Origin: Ruditapes philippinarum
Lineage: Eukaryota
Direction: 5' to 3'
NCBI RefSeq assembly: GCF_026571515.1
Contig: NW_026853157.1
Coordinates: 124,001 to 188,000, forward strand
Length of the DNA stretch: 64,000 nt
In this document: positions 1 through 12,900 of the stretch, one piece after another
Layout of the letters: every line of letters begins with the position of its first letter
Numbering within the stretch: the stretch's first letter is position 1
Program-made: the position numbers and the translations under genes
The notes under the pieces: model-generated
Told to the model about the DNA's origin: nothing
Databases searched by the model: none
Seen by the model: only the letters and a program-made list of their open reading frames with translations

Positions 1-1383
1 ATAGAGGATTGCGGGGCGCCGTGTTTCGTGCAATAGTCAATGTGTGTAGGTATGAAAGAAACCACTATAACTATTTGCTTTCCAGTTAGCGGAATTTTGT
101 GGTGGAAAAACAGTAATATTTTGCCCCATAGTAAACAAAAAACAACATTTACGTAATGCAACTTATTCACCATAAATGTAATGTTAAAAATGTAAATTTG
201 AAATTGCAATACAGCTTTACCTCTGACAATCCACGTAAATCAGTCAAAATATTTAAAACATATTCAAAAAAAGTGACAAAATGGCTTACGTATTCACATA
301 ATCGTGCCGCAAATAGGTCAGTTAATACATTTAAATATTCTGGTCTGAAAATTGTCAACAGAATCATCATCATCAACAACAACAACAGGAGCAACAACAA
401 CAAGAAAACAAAGGAAACATTAAAAGGGGAACAGTAAAATCTTATGTATTTTCATGGCTTAATCTAAATACTTATTTCCAGCCTTTCAAGGCATTGTGGT
501 CAAGGGGCTTGTTTTGTATACGTAAGGATCGTTGGTTGAACCATCTATAGCCTTTCTCGTTATCAATAATTAAAAATTGAAGGTTCGATAATTACGGGCT
601 TAAAATTTGACTGAAAGCATATACAATGCATAATGAAATTGTTATAAAATTTTTATTATACTTTATGTTGATCATTATCACGTTTGAGTGTCTTTCTCCT
701 TATAATAAATATAATTAAAATGCGATAAGTACAGACCAAGTTATTTATCAAGATCCGTAAATTATGCACCAATGGGCGACAACCGAGATACATCAGCATT
801 GAAATTTATATTGAAGAGTTGACGTTCGTTGCCGTCGCCTGTAAGCGGTGTCTCAAATGATCAAAATAAAGCAAGGTTTTGCTTAAAACTAACTGACTTT
901 AGGAACTTTAATTGTTAGTGGTTTTGTCACTATACACAAAGAAGAAAAAAAAACGGCGTTAAACTGCAAAGGGACTAGTTGTATATGCGGCTGTTATATT
1001 TTCTCCCTCTGTATAAATAGTTTATAAAGGCATCAGTAATAACGCATTTTATTGATTTTTTCGTTCTAATTATGCTTTCTTTTCATATGATTCTAAAATG
1101 CACTAACGCAACAGGTTTGATCCATATCAGATGATATAATTGATTAAGACAAATCGGCGCCAATTTCGGAAGCAGCGTACTGTAATGACGTCACCCTAAC
1201 TCATACATAACGGCGCCAGAATGACGCCATTTTAAACTGACATGAGTGGGGTTTGAAGACTGATTTATCCGACACGGATGTTAACACAATACAATAAGTA
1301 AGTTTAAGTTGTTGACAACTTGATAAAATACATAATTCTTGAGTAAGGTAAACATTTTTTCTATTTTTGTTTTGGTTAAATAA

Positions 1384-2455
1384 CACCCCGTTCACACAGA
1401 GCTGCGACTTTTGGACGATCATGCCGATCAAGCCACGATCTGAAAAAGTATTGGATCGGGGCCGATCGAGGCCGATCGTCGTCGAAATCGAGCAATTTGG
1501 CAACTTTTGGTCTTCATTACGACTGTACTACGATGTTCCCACGTCTAACGCGCTGCTGACACGCTTCTACTACGATGTTACGCTGACCGATGCCGACCAG
1601 CGACCGCGTTTACTGCGTTTATACTACGCTGCCGCTACGACATTTAAGCTCGCACTACGACGCTATGCAGACCTAGAAGACTGTACGACGATATAGCTAC
1701 GACGGTGCCGATCATATCACGCTTGAAGTACGCTTCTGGTACGATTTTGGCAATGATATATATATCTTGGGTTTCAAAAATTATTTTCCAAACTTCAAAC
1801 ATGAACGAACGTATTAATGCTGATCTGATTCATCTGGCTTTACTTCAGCAAGAACAAATATTGGTTGAAATTGAAATTGCACAGATTTTTAACAGGCGGC
1901 GGAGCTGCAAATGGTCGTCAAGTAAAGTGCCGCAGTTGTTGGCAGATTATGATTGGTTAAATAGCAGCGCTATAAAAACAAACTGCTACCTGACAGGTCG
2001 TGGTATGATCGTCGTAAGGTCATGGTAGGTCTTCGTAGGATCGTCATGAACGTAGAGATATCGTAGTGGGAACATAGTAAGAACAAAGTGGGAACGTTGT
2101 AGAAGCGTACTCGGTATGTTCCCGACTGTACTACGCTTTTACTGCGCTTTTACTACGATCATGAAGAACTATCCACGATGCTTCCGCGCTGCCTATACGA
2201 TTACGGCGCGTCTACCACGCTCTTTTTACGACTTTACCCCGATCCTTGTTGGCCACGATCCCGCTACGCTTGTTTTGAGCACGTTCAAAATAAACGTGGC
2301 GAGAGCGTAGAGCTTTCCGATCATGAAGACGCTACCGCGATCATACTGCGCTTATGTAGACTCCACTACGTTTCTCATGCGATTTGCCACGATCGACCAC
2401 GTTTTTGGCCACGCTTTGATCGTAGTAGAAGCGGCGTCTATGTGTGAACGGGGAG
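1384..2455. mobile_element. Non-autonomous PIF/Harbinger-type DNA transposon (internal deletion derivative)
   Basis: 15-bp TIRs: CACCCCGTTCACACA at 1384 vs revcomp CTCCCCGTTCACACA ending 2455 (1 mismatch). 3-bp TAA TSD at 1381-1383 and 2456-2458. CpG-rich subterminal CTACGA/CCGATC motifs. Short internal ORF remnant MNERINADLIHLALLQQEQILVEIEIAQIFNRRR at 1801 may be a truncated transposase N-terminus. Confidence 0.75.
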
Positions 2456-2580
2456 TAATTTCTATACCTTAGCGACAGTAGAGTGCGAAATAGAACATCG
2501 TTATACGAAAATCGGCGACGGAAGTAATGTTCGCTTGAAAAAATAGCAATAAGTGGTCTTTACTTGCCTTGTAAGAATCG

Positions 2581-2708
2581 AAATAATATCAGTCTATGCG
2601 GTGTTTATCGGCTATTTAACACCGGTTTTGTCGTTTTGGTGAGAAAACATTAACCACTCAGGCCTGCTGTGATATGTCCGATAAACACCGCTCAGACCGA
2701 TATTATTT
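2581..2708. repeat. Inverted repeat/hairpin with 31-bp arms, probable end of an older non-autonomous element
   Basis: AAATAATATCAGTCTATGCGGTGTTTATCGG (2581-2611) pairs with CCGATAAACACCGCTCAGACCGATATTATTT (2678-2708). Confidence 0.6.
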
Positions 2709-3599
2709 GTTTTATCATATCATTTCTGTAGTAATCTATCATTTAATTATAGCTTTATTTTGGTTCAAGGTGACCTTTAGATAACGTACAAGTAGAAAAC
2801 AGTAAAATAGTGATGTGTCGGGTAAGATATTTTTGCGGATATCTTATTGAATTTTGAATATATTTGCATAAGCCGAGCTGCTTATGACATCTCTGATTTT
2901 CATAATCTGGCCCATGATGCAGCATAGGCTTGGATATCAACTTTTATTAGCGAAAATCTTGCAAACACTAAAGTTTTGACTCGTGGCACCACCCATTCCC
3001 CCTCCTGAAATACAAGTACAATGTAAACGCCAATTTTGGAATATGGATTGACCGTTCTTGCGCATGTGTATATTGTCAGGTTTAGAAGTTTGATTTCTGC
3101 GATTTCACTGTATACAAATATATCTATGATTTTGTCGACATCATACCTTCCTCTAGCAATGACATTGCTACTGTCTGACAATACGTTTGAGAAACGTTTA
3201 TAAAATGCCCAACGCAGTACCTCCTTTCGGAAGTGTATTCATTTTCAGGGAAGGAACAGATTATGCGTTGGGCGTTTGTTCGAATCCCATTGTTGGCAAA
3301 CGTTTATATTTTACATTTTGATATAGTCAGATTTAGGTTTACTATTTTATTTTTCTGAAGACGTTTTTATTAAGAGATATTTGTTACAGTAGTTTTATTT
3401 GTAATTTTAAGTGTAAAATGATGTTAAACAAGATTACATTACAAATTAAAATGTAAATATTTCTAAACTCGTATGGTAAATCTCCTAATGCATAATATGT
3501 ATTAATTAATTAATAATTTATAAAGCAAGATGATATTTTTTGTTGTTTTTCTGTTGTAATTTTGTAAAGAATATGATAAAGTTTGTTACTGCTAAGTTT

Positions 3600-4162
3600 T
3601 AGATAAAAAACAAAGATCTCGATATTGAAATAAGGCGTGGAATGGTCTTAGTATGTGCTACCGATTCATTTCCGACGGTTTTCATGTTTGTACTATCCTT
3701 AGTTTTATTTAGGCTGTTAGGCTGCCAGGCTGCTAGGCGGCTAACTTCACAAATTTCGAAGCATCTGAATGACAAAATTATGTTAAGATAAAGTTCAACA
3801 TCTTAAAAAAAGATCACGATATTGAAAAAAGATATGGAATGATCTAAGGAAGTGCTACTATATTTCCAATTGTTTTCATGTTTGTACTATTCTTAGTTTT
3901 CTTTAGGCTGCTAGGCTGTCAACTTCAGGCTGCTAGGCTGCTAACTTCACAACTTTCGAAGCGTCAAAATGAAAAAAATAAAGTGCCATATTTATAAGAA
4001 AATAAAGATCGCGATATTGAAATAAGACGTGGAATGGTCTAAGTATGTGCTACTGATTCATGTTTTTATTTTTTTACTATCCTTAGTTTTCATTAGGCTG
4101 CTAGGCTGCCAACTTCAGGCTGCTAGGCTGCCAACTTCAGGCTGTTAGGCTGCCAACTTCAC
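3600..4162. repeat. Three-copy tandem repeat, unit about 195 bp, with internal AGGCTGCT subrepeats
   Basis: AAAGATCnCGATATTGAAA recurs at about 3612, 3808 and 4003. Each unit ends in an AGGCTG(C/T)TAGGCTG...AACTTCA array. Confidence 0.8.
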
Positions 4163-4167
4163 GAACA

Positions 4168-4286
4168 TGTTTCTACTCAGGTGCCTCCCCGTTCAAAGCC
4201 TTCCTCCACCAGTAAAGCTGGTACGTCGCCATGTGACCTATATTGTATCGGTGTGACGTTGAACCCAATAAACAAACAAACAAACA
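4168..4286 (+). mobile_element. SINE 3' fragment with (AAAC)n tail; paralogous copy at about 15198-15368
   Basis: CTTCCTCCACCAGTAAAGCTGG...GTCGCCATnTGAC...GGTGTGACGTT.AACCCAAT followed by a simple-repeat tail. Resembles mollusc SINE 3' ends recalled from memory; not searched. Confidence 0.6.
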
Positions 4287-4850
4287 GCGTGGACAATTTT
4301 TACCGCGCACTACTCATATTTAATATGACCATTCTTATTGAGCACAACTCACCACAAAACATTACTCTCTTAGCAAAACGTACATGATCACACCTCTTAC
4401 ACCTCTTTCTCCATGGACAAGTACAGCTTACAGTAGGAACATTATTTATTTGCAAGTATTACCGATTCACTACCTAGAATACAGGCTAATCTAGATTATA
4501 AAATGAATTACGGACGTGAACTATCAGATGTTAATCAAATAAACTAGTTTTAATAAATTAATATTTACTAATGTTTCAATTTTGAGAACAACTTAACATA
4601 GCGGAAGTTGTTTAATAGTGCTTGCCACCTATATAAACCCTCTGTATGCATGTATTATATGAACACTTATAAGTCGCGTCATGTCATGGGATTGGTCGTT
4701 ATGTACATATGTATTGTTGCATGTCGTGATTCAATAGTTAAATAGATAAAAAAACGCGTTCTTTGTCACTGTAGTTCCAATTTGATGTTGTTCCCTAAAA
4801 CAAATTAACTGCAAGTTTTCAATGTTCGAATATTTAAATAATGTAATGCT

Positions 4851-4970
4851 ACGGAAGCGCGTCCTGGTGCCAGATTTTCATAATGTTCTACAAATAGATC
4901 AATTCCTATTTAGGAGATAAAAAGCCTCTTTTTTATAGACCATTATGAATTGGCACCAAAACGCTTCCGT
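4851..4970. mobile_element. 120-bp palindromic MITE-like element with ACGGAAGCG termini; duplicate at 15861-15980
   Basis: ACGGAAGCG..TCCTGGTGCCA...TTCATAATG pairs with CATTATGAATTGGCACCA..ACGCTTCCGT. Same terminal motif as the element at 62018-62483. Confidence 0.55.
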
Positions 4971-6269
4971 GCCAGGACGCTTTCGTCTACGTTATGACGC
5001 TGTTTTTCTTTTTAGATAATAATGTAAAAATTTTATTGTGTATGTTTGCAAAATTGAAAACGTAAATCAAACCAATAAATTCAGTTAATTCTTTTTAAAC
5101 TTATCATGTTTGAAATCAACCCAACAGGATGTTAATAATTTCTGAAGATACAATGTATATACAAAACATTTCACTTATACATGTATATGCATGTATATGC
5201 AGTAGATAATTTACAAAGTTTTACATAACATTTTAAACTATGTTCGAAATTTATCAACCAGGACGTTTATAATTTCTGAAGATGAATACAAAACATCTCA
5301 TTTATACATGTTAATGCAGTAGATAAAACTTAACATCATTTTTTTCTACAGAAGTATTTCACTTTGGCGAAAGTAGTAATAAATCGGCAAAAAGAATACT
5401 AAATTGGCGTAAGAAGTAATAAAATGTCTTCAGTTTTTATGACTGGGTATAAAACAATAACTGAAAAGTTATTTGATTGTCAGACAAAGTTGTCTTATTT
5501 GGTCACATGACAGACACGCGGTAGTAATATTGTACTTGCAACTTGTTATTTAACTGATATTTTACTTTATCGGCATTAAGCGTCCCTAATTGGTAAACAA
5601 TAGGTCAAAACGTCTGTATAACCATCTAAAAGTAAAAAGAATAAAAATATACACATACAAATAAAATTAAAAATAAATAAATAAAAATGAATTAAGGAAC
5701 AACAATGTGAGACTTTAATAAATGTTACATTGTATTTCTTTCATGCCAGCTATGACATGTATTCTTATTTTTATCACCGTATTTCTACACCGTTTCTGAC
5801 GGAGTTAGGGCTCAAAATGCATCTGTTAACACAATTTATAAAACCTCTTAAATTGTCGGAGACATGCTGCTTTAAACAACAACGTTACATGTACTTTCAA
5901 GGCATTTGAACTTATACACTAAACTATTTATGCATAACTTGATAAGTACACTTTTTTATGGCAAAATTTCCTCAAATATATCTTCCTCAACTAAATAACC
6001 ATATATTTATTATTCTAAATGGCAAACAATATTTCTGACAACAAAAGCTGTAGTGTTTGGTTTTAAAAACAACAATTTTAACTCGAAATTGTAAATTGCA
6101 ATTTATACTTTTTAATTGGTAAGTATAATTACAAATCAAAGTAACCTTATATAAACAAGAACATTATTGTTGATAGTGATTTCAAAATGAAATGATGAAC
6201 ATTAAAAACTTTTTCTAAGACCTATGTGAAGAAAATACTAATTTATTTTAAAATTCACGATAGATTTGT

Positions 6270-6420
6270 TTGGCCGCAACGGTGTGGCATGCCGTTGTTT
6301 CCGTGAGCAGGAAACTTTTCATTCATTGCTTATACTGGTTGGTTTCCGGAACGGATTCGAGTGCTTCATTATGCTTATAGCTTCCTACGCAATCGATCTA
6401 GAATGAAATAGTATATACTT
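6270..6420 (+). mobile_element. SINE fragment (CORE-like central domain); paralogue at about 17180-17330
   Basis: GTTGTTTCCGTGAGCAGGAAACTTT...TTGCTTA(G)TACTGGTTGGTTTCCGGAACGGATTCGAG matches the reverse complement of 31520-31595. Confidence 0.55.
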
Positions 6421-7401
6421 ATACATCTATATGTTTCAAAACACTTAAGAAGCTGTATCTTCATATATTGTTACACTGAAAATACGTACATTAAAACAAG
6501 ATAAGATGTGGCAGTGACAATGACAATGAATTGTATTTGCATAAAACATTAACAAATGTTAACAGCAACAAATGATGAAAACAATATATTACACATCCCA
6601 TATATACAAATGGTGTGCAGTAATAAGTCCTCTATCTTCCATTAAACATTGACGAATGGAATGCATCTTCAGTACAATCTGACTAAAGTTCAGCTCTACT
6701 TATTTCTGTTGTGTAGATCTGATGACGATCGTATATGTTTCGCCTTCTTTATCAATCGGATTCCCGAGAAGGCTATTTTAGTCATGCAATCAAACCGGTT
6801 TGACATAGACATGAGAAGAAGTAACAAATTTTCAAGGATTAAAATTAGAAACCACATCGCTTTCTTTCAAAATTATGAAAGCTCGTCGATGATTGGCAGC
6901 GTCAAAGATCACCAGAAATGACTTCATATTTGGTCACGGTCAGATCTAAAAGCGGGGCGTTATTTAGAGCTGATTTTAATCCGATTGTCTTCAGTAAGCA
7001 TTAAAGTATTTATGGTACAAATACAAGCATTAAAACACGAATAAATGTACCATAATTGAACTGTTCGGTCGTTTACTGAATTTACTAAGTTTACTACTGC
7101 ATAGAGAATATTTAATAATTTAGCTTGCAAAATAAGAAACTGAATAAAGAAATGTTTCAATAAACGTATTTAGTTAAAGTGATTAAATAAATGTATATAT
7201 ATAATGTAGTACCACGCAATTCAATTTACTCAAGTCCAAATTAAAATAAAGACAACAACAACAACAAAACAACAACAAGAAAAACAAAAACAACAAAAAC
7301 AACAGAAAACAAAAGAAAACAAAAAGAAGATTATTTCACGAAGAAAAGAAATATGATTAGTGTAGTTTAAAAAAAAAATCTGGATGTAAGGTTATACACA
7401 G

Positions 7402-9264
7402 TTAATTTGATAAAACACGTGAGAATCGAAGTCTTATATGATTTAAAACGTTATTTATTACTAGTAATCTCCGAGTTGTTCCTTTTATAATAGTTATTTT
7501 ATGATTTCTCAGCATAACCCTCAGCTCTTTTCTAAACCTCTGGCCTGTTAAGCAGTATAGAAAGAAATGAATTGAATTGTTAATATACTGTAACATATTA
7601 ACAAGAGCCCACCAGAAATTATGCCAGGCTATATCTTTGGGTGTTTCATATGAGTACCAGTACTCTTGTCCAATCAGAAACACCATGATTGGTGATGTTG
7701 TTATGAGAAAAACACAGTTTACTGTTAGAAGCATAACTGTTAGTGTAGAAATCCTTCGAGCTGGTGAATAATTTTTGAACTTTGACGTCTGCCGCGATTT
7801 CTGCTTTGACGTCATTTGTGACGTAATTTCCTGTGACAGCATTTCACTTGATTGCTTTGCGTCTTGTATTGTCATGGATTGAACGGTCAGATCTGAATTA
7901 CTTTCTCGTGTTAACGGGCTATCAAGCTTTGTTGCTAAAGATGATTTCCGTTGTAGTGTCTGTTGTGACAACATTTCACTTTTTTGCGTTGTGTCTGGCA
8001 TCGTCATGGATTGAACATTCAGATCGGAATTATTTTCTCGTGTTAACGGGCTATCAAGCTTTGTTTCTAAAGATGGTGTCCGTTGTAGTGTTTGTTGTGA
8101 CAACATTTCACTTGTTTGCGTTGCGTCTTGCATTGTCATGGATTGAACGGTCAGATCTGAATTATTTTCTCGTGTTAACGGGCTATCAAGCTTTGTTTCT
8201 AAAGATGGTGTCCGTTGTAGTGTTTGTTGTGACAACATTTCACTTGTTTGCATTGCGTCTTGCATTGTCATGGATTGAACGGTCAGATCTGAATTACTTT
8301 CTCGTGTTAACAGGCTATCAAGCTTTGTTTCTAAAGATGGTGTCCGTTGTAGTGTCTGTTGTGACAACATTTCACTTGTTTGCGTTGTGTCTAGCATCGT
8401 CATGGATTGAACGTTCATATCTGAATTACTTTCTCGTTTTAACGGGCTATCAAGCTTTGTTGCTAAAGATGATTTCCGTTGTAGTGTCTGTTGTGACAAC
8501 ATTTTAGTTGTTTGTGTTGTGTCTAGCATCGTCATGGATTGAACGTTCAGATCTGAATGTACATCTCTAGCCGATGGGCTACTGAGTCTGGGTGCTAATG
8601 TTGGTGTTCGGAAGAATCCAAGTCTTCTTTGGGAACTGGTCATCTCGTAGATGATTTTTACGTTGCACGCTATCATAATTGAAAACGGAATAAAACAAAA
8701 TGATGAAAAATCAATCCATGGCCAAATATATTTCATAAAATCATTTGGTTTGCCACCACACCTTATTTCCAAGGATCCGGCAAGCTCCATGTTCCAAAAG
8801 AAATGAATGTTCTTCACGACAAAGAGAAAAATAATCACGGCTATTACCAAGCCTGATCTTTTCAATGTGCACAAGATCTTTGCTTTAAATGGAACAGAAA
8901 CCGATAAAAATCTATAAATGGTCACAGTGACCAGAACCCAGACGGTGAAATCAAGGGATAAGTAGACTAAGAACGTGTGAATCTTGCAAGAAGCGTTGGA
9001 AAAACTCCTCACATCCACATCGAAAGCTTTTATTATCCAGTAACGTAGCAATCCAGTGTACAATGTAAATAAATCACCAAAACTTAAACAGGTCAGGTAA
9101 AACATTGCTGTGGAAAAGCGAAATTTTGGACGCAGGAGGACACATATGGACATAATATTACCAAATGTGCCCAATATTATAAGAATGGGTGAAACATAAA
9201 TCCAAAGAAAGTTCCCTATATTGTACTGTATAAAGTCTTCAAGATCTTTCTCTGTTTCATTCAT
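7402..9264 (-). CDS. GPCR1: class A 7TM receptor, FMRFamide-receptor/srw-like, 620 aa, expanded ICL3
   Basis: Seven hydrophobic segments. TM1 GTFGN, TM2 LSFGDL, ECL1/TM3 Cys (ASCKIH), TM3 end TIYRF, ECL2 Cys, TM5 FIPF, TM6 TTSP, TM7 NNSIHFFLY, helix 8 RFRKEL. Uninterrupted ORF. Confidence 0.95.
   Translation of the reverse strand: MNETEKDLEDFIQYNIGNFLWIYVSPILIILGTFGNIMSICVLLRPKFRFSTAMFYLTCLSFGDLFTLYTGLLRYWIIKAFDVDVRSFSNASCKIHTFLVYLSLDFTVWVLVTVTIYRFLSVSVPFKAKILCTLKRSGLVIAVIIFLFVVKNIHFFWNMELAGSLEIRCGGKPNDFMKYIWPWIDFSSFCFIPFSIMIACNVKIIYEMTSSQRRLGFFRTPTLAPRLSSPSARDVHSDLNVQSMTMLDTTQTTKMLSQQTLQRKSSLATKLDSPLKRESNSDMNVQSMTMLDTTQTSEMLSQQTLQRTPSLETKLDSLLTRESNSDLTVQSMTMQDAMQTSEMLSQQTLQRTPSLETKLDSPLTRENNSDLTVQSMTMQDATQTSEMLSQQTLQRTPSLETKLDSPLTRENNSDLNVQSMTMPDTTQKSEMLSQQTLQRKSSLATKLDSPLTRESNSDLTVQSMTIQDAKQSSEMLSQEITSQMTSKQKSRQTSKFKNYSPARRISTLTVMLLTVNCVFLITTSPIMVFLIGQEYWYSYETPKDIAWHNFWWALVNMLQYINNSIHFFLYCLTGQRFRKELRVMLRNHKITIIKGTTRRLLVINNVLNHIRLRFSRVLSN
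7818..8610 (-). repeat. Coding minisatellite, 132-bp (44-aa) unit, about 6 copies, in GPCR1 intracellular loop 3
   Basis: GGCTATCAAGCTTTG recurs every 132 bp (about 7917, 8049, 8181, 8313, 8445). GPCR1 minus GPCR2 length is 620-444 = 176 aa, exactly 4 x 44. Confidence 0.95.
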
Positions 9265-9800
9265 AGCTGAATAAAATCATTAAATCGCGTTGTTTATAAA
9301 GGTAAGATCCCTGTAATGGGTATATTTAGGAACCTGATCAAGCTTAATATTTTATCAAAGTTCTCTATTTAATTTAATATGTATGTTGTTTGTCCTAATA
9401 TCCTATTTATTAAGTAAAACTGTCAATTCACATTTTAACTAACGTTGTCAATACACATTATACCGTCGATCATTAATTGCTGTTGTATATGGCAGTGAAA
9501 AAGTTTTGATCAGTATTCTTTACATCTCACATTATATGCACACTACAGCATCAAATTAATAAAAGTGTTCAGATTATCCGCCAGTTTATTCATTTAAAAC
9601 TGTAATTAATCTTAATAATTTTAGTTATGTATATTATAAATCTCTTGCATACAATGATATACACAAGAAAATATATATCTATTTATATTATAAATTACCT
9701 ACGTGATGAATATCTGCATTTCTGAAAGACGGACACGAGTCATTAAGTGATTTGTCTACTTGGTTATTGACAAGTGCTTCTAACAATGACCCTGTGGGGG

Positions 9801-9971
9801 TGTATAGTAACTAGACAAAATGCGTTGTAGTTTCCAGATTCGACCTTTACTTATCAACAATCATATATAGTGTAAACAACAATACAATGTTAAGTCGGAA
9901 GTGACGTTAACGTAAGCGCGGAACGTCACGTTATGCAAGGCTCTATAAATTGTCGTTATCAGTTCCCGACA
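9801..9971 (-). repeat. Probable 3' LTR of the BEL/Pao element (171 bp)
   Basis: On the minus strand it begins TGTCGGGAAC after GCGCCCCGAGTA, ends GTTACTATACA and contains AGTAAA. No second LTR is available to confirm the ends. Confidence 0.6.
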
Positions 9972-12900
9972 TACTCGGGGCGCGAAATGTTATTTAAAGT
10001 TTAGTAATAAATCCATTATTTGAACACTACAGTTGCTATAGTATCTCATATAAAGTATTATTAATTAAAAAGCAGTCATAAATATATTGAATACAGTCTC
10101 TTATTCATGTATCACCTTTCCTTTGAAATTTTAGATTAATTCATTTTGATGGGGTAATGTTTTACAATAGCACGATTGCTTCGAATAAGTCCATCTTTTC
10201 CTGGCACGAGTTCTTCAACCACAGCAAGTTTCCATAATAAGCGGGGAACATCGTCGTGGACTAATATAACGTCTCCAACGGATATCGTCTGGTCATTTTT
10301 GCCAGTAGTCTGATGACGTTCTCGTAAAGCTGTCAGGTATTCGTGACGCCATCTATCCCGGAAGTGGTTAAATAACTTCGTTTGTATCGTAGCATGTTTG
10401 ATAACTGACGATCGGTCACTTGGCGTAGGAAATGTACATGTAAGGACATCCTCATAAGGGAGTTTGGTTATTCGTCTGCCATAAAGTAAGTGTGATGGTG
10501 TAAGTACTTCCGGTTTATCTGAATTACCAGAACACACATATGTCAACGGCCTATCGTTAATCATTGCCTCGATTTCTGTGATAACAGTCTGTAAAGTTTC
10601 GTAGGTTACATAGGAATGTCCTAGCACTATCTTTATTGTTGTTTTCGTCAGACCTATGAGACGTTCCTACATTCCACCAAACCAATGGGCGCGTTTCGGT
10701 ATCATCTTCCACTCAATTCCTCTGTTGTTGAGTTCTTCTCTAACTGTGAGTGAGTGAAACAAATCTCTTAGTTGTTTTGAGGCTGATATGAAGGTGTTAG
10801 CGTTGTCTGACATCATGACATCTTTTCTGCTACAGTAACATCGGAAAGCTTGTAGGAATAATTCTGCTGCTAGGGTTGAAACAAGTTCTAGGTGAACTGC
10901 TCTCGTAGTAGCACATGTAAACAAGCATAAGTAAGCTTCTATGTCTCTTTTGTTGCTATCCAGAACCAGTAATGCTCCAGAGAAGTCTACTCCTGTATAA
11001 GTAAAGGGTTTGACGTCAGAAACTCTACACTTTGGTAATGGAGATGGGTCAGGTGCTGAATAGGGTTTCACAATAATCTTCACACATGTACATTTACATC
11101 ATATGTTTTTTACAGTTTGACGAATCGAGGGAATCCAGTACTTTTGTCTTAAAAACGTAATAGTTGAACTAACGCCGGCATGCAATTATCTGGAATGTGC
11201 GTTGTTGACAACTAACTTTGTAAATGGATGTTTAGCTGGTAGTAGGTACGGAAACTTGGTCAGCTCGTCTAATGGAGCATTGTGGATACGACCACGACAC
11301 TTTAATATGCCATTATCTAAGAATAACTGAAGTTGTCTACATAATGGAAGTTTGTTTCTTTTTGATTTTGTATCTTCTATTTCTGCTTGATATTTGGACA
11401 TCTGGCAACACCGTAAACACATCTCCTCAACTCTGCGTAGTTCATCTGTAGTTAACAAGTCTAATCTTCCAGTATGACTCCCGCCTCGACACTTGAATAT
11501 AAAACGCAGGACATAAGCTGTAACCCTGAGTAGCTTTGTTAACGAACTGAATCTTGACATGTCTATAAAACTGATGTTGCTTAATCTTTTGGCTCGGTTG
11601 CTGGGTGTGGTAAGCAATGTAGGTCCATGAAACCATAGATTACTGTTCTTGAAGTGAGTCACAGAGATTCCCCTCGTAAGTAAATCGGCAGGGTTTTCTT
11701 TCGTCGGACAATAATTCCATTTCCGGTTTTCGGACAGCGCGTGGATTTCAATCACTCTGTTCCTTACAAATTGTGAAAGGGTTTTAGGCGTCTGAAGCCA
11801 AAAAAGCACAATCTGACTATCTGACCACAGGTATATCCGTGTTATGCTGGTGTTTCGCTGCATATGTTTTCTGAGCCGGTATCCAATTACTGCCACCATT
11901 AGCTCTAACCTAGGTAACGTTAACTTCTTCAATGGAGCAACCCGAGTTTTAGCCATTACCAGAGTAGATTGGTTGTCTCTACAGATGTAAGCCGTAGCAC
12001 CATACCATACCAAGCTAGCGTCGCAGAATATGTGAATGCACGTGTTACTTGATGCGTTTAATGTATTTTTGAAGTAGTATCTAGGAAACGTAGTTTTTGT
12101 CACGGATTTCAAATTTGTTATTAAACTACGCCATTTTTCTTGAATACTGTCAGGTAATGGCATATCCCATTCAAACTTCTGTTGCCATAACTCCTGTAGA
12201 CGTAATTTAGCTCTGATGGTAACTGGACTTAGTAAACCTAAGGGATCATAGATTCGAGATGTATGTTGCAATATTTCTCTCTTTGTTACAATCTGGGTAT
12301 TTGGTATATTTCTGACAGGATACAGTAAAACGTCACTATTTGTGTCCCATTTCGTTCCAAGTACCTTAGGGAGTTTGTGCGTTATCTAATACTGAATCGT
12401 TGATTGCCTGTATTTGAAGCATTTTACTATTTGAACTCCAGGACCTAAGGTTAAAACCTGCAGATGACATCAGCTCACGTGAATCGCTGTAGAATTGTAG
12501 AAGTTGTTCTTCCTGTTGGAAAATTGATATCACGTTATCAATGTATAGATCTTGACGTAGGTATTCACTAGCTTGCTTGTCGTTCTTAAGTTCAAGGTGC
12601 TTAAGTATAGTTGCGCAGAGAGTAATAGGGGACGACGTAGCCCCGAAAAGGACTGCTCGGTATCTATATGTTGTCGATTCGCTGTTGGGGTTACTTGGAT
12701 CACTGAGCCATAGAAATCGCGTCACATCTCGGTTGTTCTCATCAAGAGTAATGTTGAGGAAGGCTTTCTCAATATCGGTTGCTATGGCGTATTTATTCAT
12801 TCGAAAACGAATAAGAATTCCAGTTAAATCATTCAGTTCAGGTCGTGTCGACATCAAGCAATCGTTCAGACTAGGCTGGTCACGTGACTTTTAACTGCAG

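Noticed and set aside
1367-2447. Several 60-110 aa ORFs in a GC-rich island (also 42902-43634)
   Set aside because: They lie inside TIR/TSD-bounded non-autonomous elements, and higher GC explains the open frames.
6649-6921. ORF apparently conserved with 17529-17768
   Set aside because: Similarity comes from the recent segmental duplication, and frameshifting indels between the copies argue against coding constraint.
7833-8507. 224-aa hydrophobic repetitive ORF on the plus strand
   Set aside because: Antisense shadow of the 132-bp GPCR1 coding repeat, with no ATG start and no independent support.
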